Part shown: positions 1 to 8,071 of the stretch, in pieces
How positions within the stretch are numbered: position 1 is the stretch's first letter
Layout of the letters: the number at the start of each line of letters is the position of its first letter
DNA from: a virus
DNA length: 64,000 bases
IMG/VR virus record: IMGVR_UViG_3300005683_000016
Coordinates: 78,039 to 142,038 of that record
Direction: 5' to 3' (one strand)
Translations under genes and position numbers: made by a program
The notes under the pieces: generated by a model
Database searches by the model: none
What the model was told of the DNA's origin: nothing
What the model saw: the letters and a program-made list of their open reading frames with translations, nothing else

Positions 1-121
1 TGGAGTGGTACGACCTCAACTCGTATAATCTTTGTTGCAGATATTGATGAAAACATGAAAAGATGTTCTGAGAGTCTTTTAAAAAGGTATCAAAAAGCAA
101 AAGAAATTTTATTAAAAATAT

Positions 122-556
122 AAAACATTCACTCCGTAAAGTCTCAGTCTTTAACAGGACTCATCACAATTCCTTTAACGTAACATAAGTTGGTGGAACA
201 ACAGGCTTAGGTCTGTCTCACAAGTATGGTGGAAGTTTGGTTGGTAAAGACAGGAGATAATGTAATCCGAAAGGATTGGCAGCAGATGGACATTGTGTTC
301 TTAGAACATAAATAGGTCAATACAAGATGAACAGATTAAATGCTGTTATGCTTGGACGTTTCCTTATCTGCCTTTTCAAGGTAACACTTTCAAACCAGTA
401 ATGGTGAGATAATGAAGAGTATACATGTGGCAAAAGTGTTCCAGTAAGAGCATACCCACCTGACAGGGTAATTCCAGTTTCCAAATTGTATAAGGAAACA
501 AACGGGTTAGGATATAATTGTGCAGACGCCCTAATAGTTAGGCTAAGGGTGTAACA
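122..556 (+). ncRNA. Large structured ncRNA, unit A (unknown family)
   Basis: No credible ORF. Shares ordered conserved blocks with unit C (1199-1638), including an identical 30-mer at 395-424 and 1511-1540, with compensatory changes in helices. Confidence 0.75.
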
Positions 557-1192
557 ACTCCCAATCATTGGGTTAAATGGTAGTTATCAGTTACTTTAAC
601 TGATTTAGTTTACCTGTTTGTATAAATTTAACAGGAGTTCTTGTACATACAAGTGTTGTTACTTTTTCCAGCAGTCAGAAAAAAGCGTGTAATCTACGAG
701 ATAAGATTAACCTACTGTACTTAGGTTTGAGGGTAGTTCCATGTACAACATTGAACCGAAAGGTATCATGTAAGCCCTTAAGTGGGATAAATTGAGTTAA
801 ATTGTGTTAGGTTGAAAATATACCTGTAAGAAATAATACATTTTTCGCATTTGTGAGATTTGTTAAGGTTCTTCCACAATAATATCCTACACTCAACGAT
901 GGCAGCCGGGTTGGAACCCACAGTAGATAAATAACTATACTCTTTTAGGGAGTGAAGTCAGTGTAGTTTTACTGAAAAAGTTAGTATTTATTAGACTGTT
1001 TAATAGGCGTTTTGTATATTGTAAAGTTGAATTTGTATCATAGAGAATCTGTGGGTGGATTTGCCTAATGTTAGGTGAGAGTAAGTTCGATCCTTACCGT
1101 TGATATAAATTTAACAGATATACAATCCTATACTATATAAGTCTGATCAACTTATGTAGTAATTGTGCGACCCACATTATTGTGGGTGACAT
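557..1192 (+). ncRNA. Large structured ncRNA, unit B (divergent paralog or distinct ornate RNA)
   Basis: Dense hairpins; T-loop-like GTTCGATCC at ~1085; shares TGGCAGC...TGCC and TATAC-helix-TAATTGTGC-hairpin-ACA with units A and C. Confidence 0.6.
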
Positions 1193-1198
1193 TTTTTA

Positions 1199-1638
1199 AA
1201 AACATCCACTCTGTAAAGTCTTGTAATTCGCGGAAGGTTTAACCAAATATTCTCTCTTTGGGGATAAAAAAGGTGAGAATCCTTTTTCTGTGTATAGACA
1301 GGAGATGATGTAAACCAATAATATGGTTTGGCAGCAGATGGACATTGTTATTTCTTAAATGAACTAATAAATAGGTTACTGTTCAACTTATATAAGTTGA
1401 AAGAGATTTCCTTATCTGCCTCTTCACGTTAATAGCGTTCAAGATACACTATGACCGTTGTGAAATTCAACAGGAACTACTGATTCTATACCAATCAGAG
1501 TAGTGTACATCCAGTAATGGTGAGATAATGAAGAGTATACTAAGGGTAGTCCGTAATTCAGAAATGAATTAGAGTGGGAAAATAGACTTATAAAAATCCT
1601 ACCTTAGTAATTGTGCGGCATCCCAAGTGGATGCAACA
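1199..1638 (+). ncRNA. Large structured ncRNA, unit C (paralog of unit A)
   Basis: Blocks ACATCCACTCTGTAAAGTCT, AGACAGGAGAT, TTGGCAGCAGATGGACATTGT, TTTCCTTATCTGCCT and CCAGTAATGGTGAGATAATGAAGAGTATAC recur in the same order as in unit A. Confidence 0.75.
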
Positions 1639-1651
1639 TTTATTAACAAAA

Positions 1652-1685
1652 TTTTAACTTTTAACTTTTAACTTTTAACTTTTAA
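1652..1685. repeat. Tandem heptamer repeat (TTTTAAC) x ~4.9
   Basis: ttttaacttttaacttttaacttttaacttttaa read directly. Confidence 0.9.
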
Positions 1686-1698
1686 AATTGTAACGGAC

Positions 1699-2076
1699 AT
1701 GCAATTTACATTAGATCACAAAGTAGGAACAAACTATGTAACTGTCACTTTAAGTGGAAAAGTATCTCCACTTATATGGTGTGAGTTTTTCACAAAACTC
1801 CAATATCTTGGAGGAAAACAAGCAGTAGAAGGACAGTCGGATATTTGGCTGTTACCTACTTTTGTTACATCACAAGTCATTGAAGAAATCATCCATAACA
1901 CATGTTTCGTGTGTGGTGGATTGATGAAAGATTCTACTGCATTTTTGAATGACTGTGTATCATTCGATGATTTTGGTAATGATGCTGGACAACGAGGTAC
2001 AACACAATCACGTGTTGGAGAAGCAAAACAAGTCAAAGTTCGCAAGTGCTCTTCTTGCGGACACTCACACACTTAA
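1699..2076 (+). CDS. Hypothetical protein with two CxxC pairs (putative zinc ribbon)
   Basis: CFVC and CSSC motifs. Confidence 0.6.
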   Translation: MQFTLDHKVGTNYVTVTLSGKVSPLIWCEFFTKLQYLGGKQAVEGQSDIWLLPTFVTSQVIEEIIHNTCFVCGGLMKDSTAFLNDCVSFDDFGNDAGQRGTTQSRVGEAKQVKVRKCSSCGHSHT

Positions 2077-2080
2077 AAAC

Positions 2081-2247
2081 AAAACAGGTGTAAGGGGGTG
2101 GAACCTTACTTTAAATGCTACCAACATTGGTTGGCCTCCAGGCATGGATGGGTCTAAAGTTCTTAAAGAACAGGGGTGAATAATGCTTAGAAGTCTGTTA
2201 AAAGACAACTTATAGTAGAATATCTCCCATGAAGGCATTACTGTTTT
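2081..2247 (+). ncRNA. Putative ~165 nt structured intergenic RNA
   Basis: Closing AAAACAG/CTGTTTT; internal stems GTAAGG/CCTTAC, CCAAC/GTTGG, GTTCT/AGAAC, TAATGCTT/AGGCATTA, CATGG/CCATG. Confidence 0.45.
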
Positions 2248-2444
2248 TAAAACAAGCAAACTATGAACAAGATATTGGGAGCATTTAATATAACACGAGA
2301 GTATGATGGACGTGAAGTAGACTATATTGGATTTTTATCTTGTACAGACGGAGAATGGGTCGGATCAGGAGAATCTACATGTATACGATATGTAGAATGG
2401 TTGATCCACACCAATCAGATTCCAAATTAAAAAAACAATAAAAT

Positions 2445-2828
2445 ATGAATCAACCAATCATTTTCAACAAAAATAACCCAACAGAAAAATACATTATTAC
2501 CGAAAAATGGGAGTTTAACCCCAACGGTATAACCGTCTTTGATATGGAAGTTGGAGGAATCACAGATAACGGATTTTACCATTTTTCAGAAATCGAAAAT
2601 TGGAAAAATTTAGTTAAGCAGGATTTAAAACCTAAAGTCGTAGAAGCAATTCAATCACAAAACCTTGAAAAGGTATTATCGTTGCTTCATTTTATGTCAG
2701 ATAACGGTGTATTATATCAAGGAAGATATAACGCTCTAAAGAAACAGTATACTATGGGCATGATTGAATCCTCAGAATATACAAGAGGAATTGCTCAAAT
2801 AGGTTACGACATTTTGAAAAAATTTTAA
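2445..2828 (+). CDS. Protein with C-terminal effector-associated domain 11 (EAD11)-like region
   Basis: VVEAIQSQNLEKVLSLL...LYQGRYNALKKQYTMGMIESSEYTRGIAQIGYDIL resembles the EAD11 pattern as I recall it. Confidence 0.6.
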   Translation: MNQPIIFNKNNPTEKYIITEKWEFNPNGITVFDMEVGGITDNGFYHFSEIENWKNLVKQDLKPKVVEAIQSQNLEKVLSLLHFMSDNGVLYQGRYNALKKQYTMGMIESSEYTRGIAQIGYDILKKF

Positions 2829-2906
2829 AAACCATTGTTAAACACCCACCCCAAAATTCCAAATGATTTATTAGTTATTGAGGAGCGGGTTTATTAAAAA
2901 AATTGT

Positions 2907-3341
2907 ATGAAAATACCAGAACAATTTATCAATAAAAATCAACTTAAAAACCTTCCTATAGGTGCTATAGGCTATGCTGTTCCTTGGGTAATGTGGGTAG
3001 ATATGGAAGGGAATGCTTTTCTTAATGAGAATTACGATTTACACCCTTCAAAAGGAGGTACAGTAAATCTTCAGATTACAAAAGTACCTGAAGGATATGT
3101 TGTGCATTTAGATAAATTCAGGTATTATGACAGAGAATATACTTGGACAAAACAAGAAAGTCCAGGATTTGCTTCCCCAAACGAAGTTTGCTATGGTAGA
3201 GTAGTTGCTTTTTCAGATAAAGAATATCAAGCATTGCAAAAAGATCCTGAGAGAATTAGGAATCTTATTAACGAATGTATTCTTAACGAGAATTATGAAC
3301 AAGCAAGAGAGTACCAAAACATTCTCGATCAATTGAATTAA
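2907..3341 (+). CDS. Hypothetical protein with C-terminal UVR (UvrB/UvrC) motif
   Basis: LINECILNENYEQAREYQNILDQL. Confidence 0.65.
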   Translation: MKIPEQFINKNQLKNLPIGAIGYAVPWVMWVDMEGNAFLNENYDLHPSKGGTVNLQITKVPEGYVVHLDKFRYYDREYTWTKQESPGFASPNEVCYGRVVAFSDKEYQALQKDPERIRNLINECILNENYEQAREYQNILDQLN

Positions 3342-3348
3342 CTGGTTT

Positions 3349-3434
3349 GCTCCTGTGGCGAAATTGGCAGCACGCTGCGGTCTTAAACACCGTTGGAGAA
3401 ATCCGTAAGGGTTCAAGTCCCTTCAGGAGCACCA
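3349..3434 (+). tRNA. trnL: tRNA-Leu (TAA)
   Basis: Acceptor GCTCCTG/CAGGAGC plus ACCA; anticodon arm GCGGT-CTTAAAC-ACCGT; long variable arm; T loop GTTCAAGTC. Confidence 0.93.
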
Positions 3435-3568
3435 AACATTATTTTATGAACATTTACAACCGCATCAGAAAACGTACATCTTGGAAAACCAAATTAAAAG
3501 TTTGGGTCAAGATGCGTATTTTATTAATTTATAATTACTTTAAACAATGAGAACTTAGAACTTATAAA

Positions 3569-3656
3569 GGCCCCGTAACACATCATCGTTCTAAGGTGAC
3601 GCTTAAAAGAGTGTAATTGGAAACAGCGTTTGGGAGTTCGAGTCTCTCCGGGGTCA
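3569..3656 (+). ncRNA. Aberrant tRNA-like RNA (acceptor stem and T arm intact, inner arms rearranged)
   Basis: GGCCCCG/CGGGGTC-A acceptor; GGGAG-TTCGAGT-CTCTC T arm; no D arm at the normal position; no encoded CCA. Confidence 0.7.
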
Positions 3657-3669
3657 CGCTATTTGTTTT

Positions 3670-3701
3670 ATCCGTTTGTTGTAAAATGAACGGATTTTTT
3701 T
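3670..3701 (+). terminator. Intrinsic terminator after tRNA region
   Basis: ATCCGTT.../...AACGGAT stem followed by a T run. Confidence 0.7.
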
Positions 3702-3722
3702 GTTTTACAAACATCAGATTAA

Positions 3723-3968
3723 ATGAACAATTCTCAATTTGCAATCCTCCTATTAATTATAGTAGGAGGGTTGTTTTTCTTTCTCACAAAGCATCGTTCA
3801 GAAGATGCTGAACTCAAAATCGCCAAGGAAGTACTTGGCTCTGACAAAAGAATGTGGAATCTATTTAATGTTTCCTATTCTAATTATAAACGTGGCAAAA
3901 TAGTAGCACTTCTTGTTGCTGCTATCTTTGCTATTATCGTTGTATATGTAATTTTACCTGCAAAATAG
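3723..3968 (+). CDS. Small membrane protein (2 TM)
   Basis: Two hydrophobic segments. Confidence 0.6.
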   Translation: MNNSQFAILLLIIVGGLFFFLTKHRSEDAELKIAKEVLGSDKRMWNLFNVSYSNYKRGKIVALLVAAIFAIIVVYVILPAK

Positions 3969-3978
3969 AAAATATGAA

Positions 3979-4794
3979 ATGAATAAAGTAAGTCGTCAAA
4001 TCAGTTACGTTCCTGTTGTATACAGGAATAAAGAAATCAAAATCAAATTAATCCCATCAATAACTCTATTGGTGGGATTTTTTATTTTATCTATAGGATG
4101 TGGAAAGGCATTGTTTTCTACTCATACAGTAATTAAAGAAGCAGTTCCTTATAAAGTGGTGGAACGAGATACTGTTATCAAAACAGTAACCAAAATTAAA
4201 GTAGTAGAAAAACCAGATCCTCTTAGCAAGAGAATTGTTAGGGATTTTACTAAAAGTTACAAAAGCCTCCCAATTGAGAATAAAAATACTGCTGCTAAGT
4301 ATAAAGGATATACTCCTTACCAAATTATGATGTGGCACTTAAAAGCACACGAAAGTTTTAGACCTCATCAATATCCTGATGGAGATTATCCTTCTAAAGG
4401 ATTCGGTTTAAATCTTAGTCCAGAACACATTGCGTGGGCCAAATCTCAATTAGGATTTCATCCTAAAAAAAGAGACTGGACATTTGAAGAGGGTCAGAAA
4501 TTGTTAATTGCGTACTGTAAAGAACATACGCTCGACCCACTTAGGAAACAATATCCTAAATTAAATCAGTTTCAAATTGTTGCTTATGCTTGTCATAAAT
4601 ACAACACAGGTAACACAAGAAACTTTGGATTTTGTTGTGGAGGTAAGTCTACAAAAATGAGATGTGGAAGGAAAAGTAAAGCACATCATGCTCGTAGAGT
4701 ATTTGAAGTGCAATTATTTAACGGAACATTACCTGCTTCTAAGATTGAAGCAGATCGTGTTAAAGCAATAAATCTACAACAAACATATCAATAA
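3979..4794 (+). CDS. Membrane-anchored lysozyme-fold muramidase (GH24-like)
   Basis: N-terminal TM segment; HLKAHESFRPHQYPDGDYPSKGFG resembles phage lysozyme HEGxRxxxYxD..GYG; later YNTG and RR..E motifs. Confidence 0.6.
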   Translation: MNKVSRQISYVPVVYRNKEIKIKLIPSITLLVGFFILSIGCGKALFSTHTVIKEAVPYKVVERDTVIKTVTKIKVVEKPDPLSKRIVRDFTKSYKSLPIENKNTAAKYKGYTPYQIMMWHLKAHESFRPHQYPDGDYPSKGFGLNLSPEHIAWAKSQLGFHPKKRDWTFEEGQKLLIAYCKEHTLDPLRKQYPKLNQFQIVAYACHKYNTGNTRNFGFCCGGKSTKMRCGRKSKAHHARRVFEVQLFNGTLPASKIEADRVKAINLQQTYQ

Positions 4795-4798
4795 TATT

Positions 4799-5065
4799 AT
4801 GGGAGGAATCGAAGTATTTGAATTTGAAGGAAATATGAAACTTGTTTATAAAGTGGCATTATATTTTCCTCAAGACATAACCGCTTTAAATGAAATGGCA
4901 ACCAATTTAGAAAAAATAGCACAGTGGAACGGGTTTGTTCTGAAAAGTACTGTACAAGTAAACTATGGTGTCAAACCTCGTAGAGATGGTTTAATTACTC
5001 TGTATATAGACGTAGAATATAAAGAAAATCATCCTTTTAGAACCACTACTTCTTTGTTAGGATGA
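4799..5065 (+). CDS. Hypothetical protein
   Basis: ORF in tightly packed operon. Confidence 0.55.
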   Translation: MGGIEVFEFEGNMKLVYKVALYFPQDITALNEMATNLEKIAQWNGFVLKSTVQVNYGVKPRRDGLITLYIDVEYKENHPFRTTTSLLG

Positions 5066-5397
5066 AAATTTTTCTTATATTAAGTGTTATTGGTATCTGT
5101 TTATGGGAATCTTATTCACCTCTCCCTGATTTTAGTAAGAAAGAGTTCGAATATTATTATCCCATTTGTTCACAATTTAAATCAAACGTACCTGTATCTA
5201 TTTTGATTCTTTACAAGATTCAATCTAAAGATCAGGTACGTTTGTTTAAGAAAAAACATTTACTTAGATCAAAATCTTTAAAGGACTGGATTCAATATAT
5301 GAATCTTTCTGACGAAGAAATTGAAAAATTACTAAAATATGAGAATTACGAAAACAGTCTTCGTAGTCGTAGTTCTTCTATTAGGATATACCGTTAA
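5062..5397 (+). CDS. Secreted/membrane hypothetical protein
   Basis: Signal-peptide-like N-terminus; ATGA overlap with upstream gene. Confidence 0.55.
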   Translation: MKIFLILSVIGICLWESYSPLPDFSKKEFEYYYPICSQFKSNVPVSILILYKIQSKDQVRLFKKKHLLRSKSLKDWIQYMNLSDEEIEKLLKYENYENSLRSRSSSIRIYR

Positions 5398-5923
5398 CTC
5401 TTATACTGTTGAGTTGGGTTCTCCTCGAATAGAAGAACCTGAAACAATCGAAGAGAAATACAAAGTGATACAAGAATGGAGTCACGGGCTAAAAGAAAAA
5501 GGATTGATTTCGATTAGTCCTGATTCTTTTGCTAAGGCTGCAATTATTGTAATGTGGTGCGAAAGTAGACTTGAAACTAAATCTCAAGATAAGTTGGGAA
5601 GTCAAGGATTAAATCAACTGCTTCCTTCTACAAGAAAGTTGATTGGTGCTCCTAATGATATTCGAAATAAATCATTTAGAGAACATCTTGAATACTTTGA
5701 GGCCTACCTTGTATTAACTGGAAAGAGCAATCAAATCGAGTGTAGTATAGATCTCCACGCACTTAATTTTGCACCATCAAGATTTCACAAAGAAGTGTTT
5801 TGCAAGACTTCTAAAGGGTTAAAGGCCCTTGACAAGAATCAAGACGGTGTAATCAGTCGTCAAGATTTACACTTGTTTCAACAAAAGAAAATTATAAAAA
5901 ATTCTTTTTTAAAATCTCTATAA
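5339..5923 (+). CDS. SLT-like lytic transglycosylase with N-terminal anchor and EF-hand-like loop
   Basis: MWCESRL (catalytic ES), GLNQLLPST motif II, DKNQDGVIS loop. Confidence 0.7.
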   Translation: MRITKTVFVVVVLLLGYTVNSYTVELGSPRIEEPETIEEKYKVIQEWSHGLKEKGLISISPDSFAKAAIIVMWCESRLETKSQDKLGSQGLNQLLPSTRKLIGAPNDIRNKSFREHLEYFEAYLVLTGKSNQIECSIDLHALNFAPSRFHKEVFCKTSKGLKALDKNQDGVISRQDLHLFQQKKIIKNSFLKSL

Positions 5924-6437
5924 CAAACCAAATGGAAAGGCCCGTAGCATATTAATAACTACATTAAAGGTCAGGAAAAATGACAATAGAAGAAAAAGTT
6001 CAGTTTCTTAAGTCTTATACAAATGAAGCATGGTATTATGAATACATGCTACAAAATGAAAAAGACGAGAAAAGAAAAGAGTTGATCATCAAAAAAATTA
6101 ACGACACTTATGCGTATATTGTCGCACAAGATTCTAACTTACACCAACTATGAAGTACAGTTTTTTAACTAAGATACAAGTCTATCTTGTGTCTCTATTT
6201 TCAATCTTTAAATTGTTTAAAAAATGACTATCCTTACAATAATACTACTTATAGCAGGTATAATTGGTTTGTTTGGAGGACTCCTTTCTTTCCTCGGTAT
6301 ATTTGATTATACCGATGATTGACCCACACTATTGTCACCTATCAAAAGCAAGGAACGATAATGATGGTAGTAGGTTTTATTCTACTAATATTATCGTTTG
6401 GAAATATTTATCACTAATCTTGTTTAATTTAATTAAT

Positions 6438-6797
6438 ATGAAACGTATTTTTAGTATCGTCTTTTTTTTGACAGTGTGGTTTACCTGTCAGAGTCAAAAT
6501 TTTAGTTTGGTTTCCCCATCATTCCAAGATGAACCTCTTGTAATGATTGATAACAACGGAGAGTTTTTGTTTGAAAAACCTTACCAAACTTCAAACAGTG
6601 AGTATCTTCCGTACACTCGAATTGTACATCAAAATAATGAGATCGAGATCAACCTTGGTGGTAGTTATGTAATGTGTATTTCATTGACAGAAGACTGTCA
6701 GTGGATTTCCAAATATGATCTCTACCAAGATTGGAATTGGATTGAAGGGTTTGTTTTCGTAATCGCGGAAGATGTTATTATGTATGGAAAAGATTAA
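6438..6797 (+). CDS. Secreted hypothetical protein
   Basis: Likely start MKRIFSIVFF at 6438 with signal peptide. Confidence 0.55.
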   Translation: MKRIFSIVFFLTVWFTCQSQNFSLVSPSFQDEPLVMIDNNGEFLFEKPYQTSNSEYLPYTRIVHQNNEIEINLGGSYVMCISLTEDCQWISKYDLYQDWNWIEGFVFVIAEDVIMYGKD

Positions 6798-6972
6798 TGC
6801 TTTAACAGCAATGAAAGCAATAACAGCCATAGTATGTGTATTGTATACTTTGGCTTATTTCGAAGAAGGATGGACAATTCTACAGTTGGTAGAAAAAGTT
6901 CTCTCTTCTTTGTGTGTAATATGGGTGTCATATTCGCTTGGTTGGTTCCAAGCGATGTCGCAGATAAAATAA
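6784..6972 (+). CDS. Small membrane protein
   Basis: Two hydrophobic stretches. Confidence 0.5.
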   Translation: MEKINALTAMKAITAIVCVLYTLAYFEEGWTILQLVEKVLSSLCVIWVSYSLGWFQAMSQIK

Positions 6973-6998
6973 ATTTTTTCATGTGAATAATTTTGTTG

Positions 6999-7030
6999 AA
7001 CCTCCTTGATGAAAATCAAGGAGGTTTTTT
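6999..7030 (+). terminator. Intrinsic terminator
   Basis: AACCTCCTTGAT-GAAA-ATCAAGGAGGTT followed by a T run. Confidence 0.85.
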
Positions 7031-7063
7031 CTTTTGAACTTTTCACTTTTAAATAGTATAAAA

Positions 7064-7435
7064 ATGTTCTTTGTAGTTAAAGTAAACATGTTTAACGGTA
7101 CTACCGACAATCCTGCTCGTCCTGACAAAAACGGACTTTATCCAGTGCTTTTGACCTCTTATAACGGTACAATTCCTTCTAACACAAGAGTTATCGCAGG
7201 TACAGTTGCACATAGGGCTGGGCTGGAACCTGGTAAAAACTTTGCAATCCAATTGACTAAAACGAGTGTTGATCCTCAATACGGAGATCGGTATCAAATT
7301 GATGTAATCGGTGAAGTAACTACACTGGAAATTGTTACCAAGATTCGTGAATTTGGTCAAGGTCAGGTTCAAGTTGCTCCCGGAGTAAAATCTGAAACAC
7401 GGGTGTTGGATACCGTAACAGTTGAAGAAGACTAA
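7064..7435 (+). CDS. Hypothetical protein flanked by hairpins
   Basis: ATG at 7064 in A-rich context; hairpin at 7455-7476 follows. Confidence 0.65.
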   Translation: MFFVVKVNMFNGTTDNPARPDKNGLYPVLLTSYNGTIPSNTRVIAGTVAHRAGLEPGKNFAIQLTKTSVDPQYGDRYQIDVIGEVTTLEIVTKIREFGQGQVQVAPGVKSETRVLDTVTVEED

Positions 7436-7489
7436 TTTAATTTCTAATTTAACCGGGAGGAGGTAACACTCCTCCCAAAACTTTCTTAT

Positions 7490-7993
7490 ATGATAATGAC
7501 ACCTATGAGCAAAGTACTGCTCAATCTTTTGGTATCTCATCAATACTTTATTAAAAAGGGAAAAACCGAGGCTGCTAAGTTTGTAGAGTCGCAAATCCTT
7601 GCTTTCTATAATAGTAAATGCGGAGAAATTTCCAGCCAAGTATATTGGCTTGAAACTGAAGGGTATATCTTGAGAGATGGGAAGATCACTAAAAAAGGAC
7701 GGCAGGTAATTGCACCTGTTGAGCAAGTGATTCAACAAGAGTCTTTTCTTGATACTCTTTACGAACTTCCATCAAACACTTTGATTAAATTGATGTCCGA
7801 TGTCCTCACAATTTCAGCAGATAGAATTCGAGAAGAAGGGATTGAGATTGTAAGTCAAGACTGCGTAGATGCCCTTAATAATATGAACGAAGTGTACAAC
7901 CGTTGTATCACTCCGTTTGTACTTGACGACAGTGTTGTAGAAGACGAAGATATGTTCCATGAAGAAGTTGTCACTCAACTGCAAATGGCATAG
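7490..7993 (+). CDS. Hypothetical protein, possible N-terminal winged helix
   Basis: LETEGYILRDGKITKKGRQ wHTH-like tail; acidic C-terminus. Confidence 0.55.
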   Translation: MIMTPMSKVLLNLLVSHQYFIKKGKTEAAKFVESQILAFYNSKCGEISSQVYWLETEGYILRDGKITKKGRQVIAPVEQVIQQESFLDTLYELPSNTLIKLMSDVLTISADRIREEGIEIVSQDCVDALNNMNEVYNRCITPFVLDDSVVEDEDMFHEEVVTQLQMA

Positions 7994-8015
7994 GGTTATT
8001 TTGGTGAAAATTGAT

Positions 8016-8053
8016 AGGAAGGTAAGTAGCAATATTTACCTTCCTTATTTTTT
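8016..8053 (+). terminator. Intrinsic terminator
   Basis: AGGAAGGTAAGTA-GCAA-TATTTACCTTCCT followed by a T run. Confidence 0.85.
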
Positions 8054-8071
8054 AATTTCTAAAACAAAAAA

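Noticed and set aside
317-568. Minus-strand 83 aa ORF
   Set aside because: Antisense to ncRNA unit A, not preserved in unit C, and against the local gene direction.
122-1640. CRISPR array or simple DNA duplication
   Set aside because: Only 2-3 long units with structured variable regions and compensatory changes; no regular repeat-spacer period and no cas genes.
3347-3811. ORFs 3347-3550 and 3617-3811
   Set aside because: They overlap the tRNA-Leu gene, the tRNA-like RNA and a terminator.
7049-7738. Long antisense ORFs (also 28356-28862, and the + strand ORFs inside 58285-64000)
   Set aside because: Shadow frames of better-supported genes on the opposite strand.
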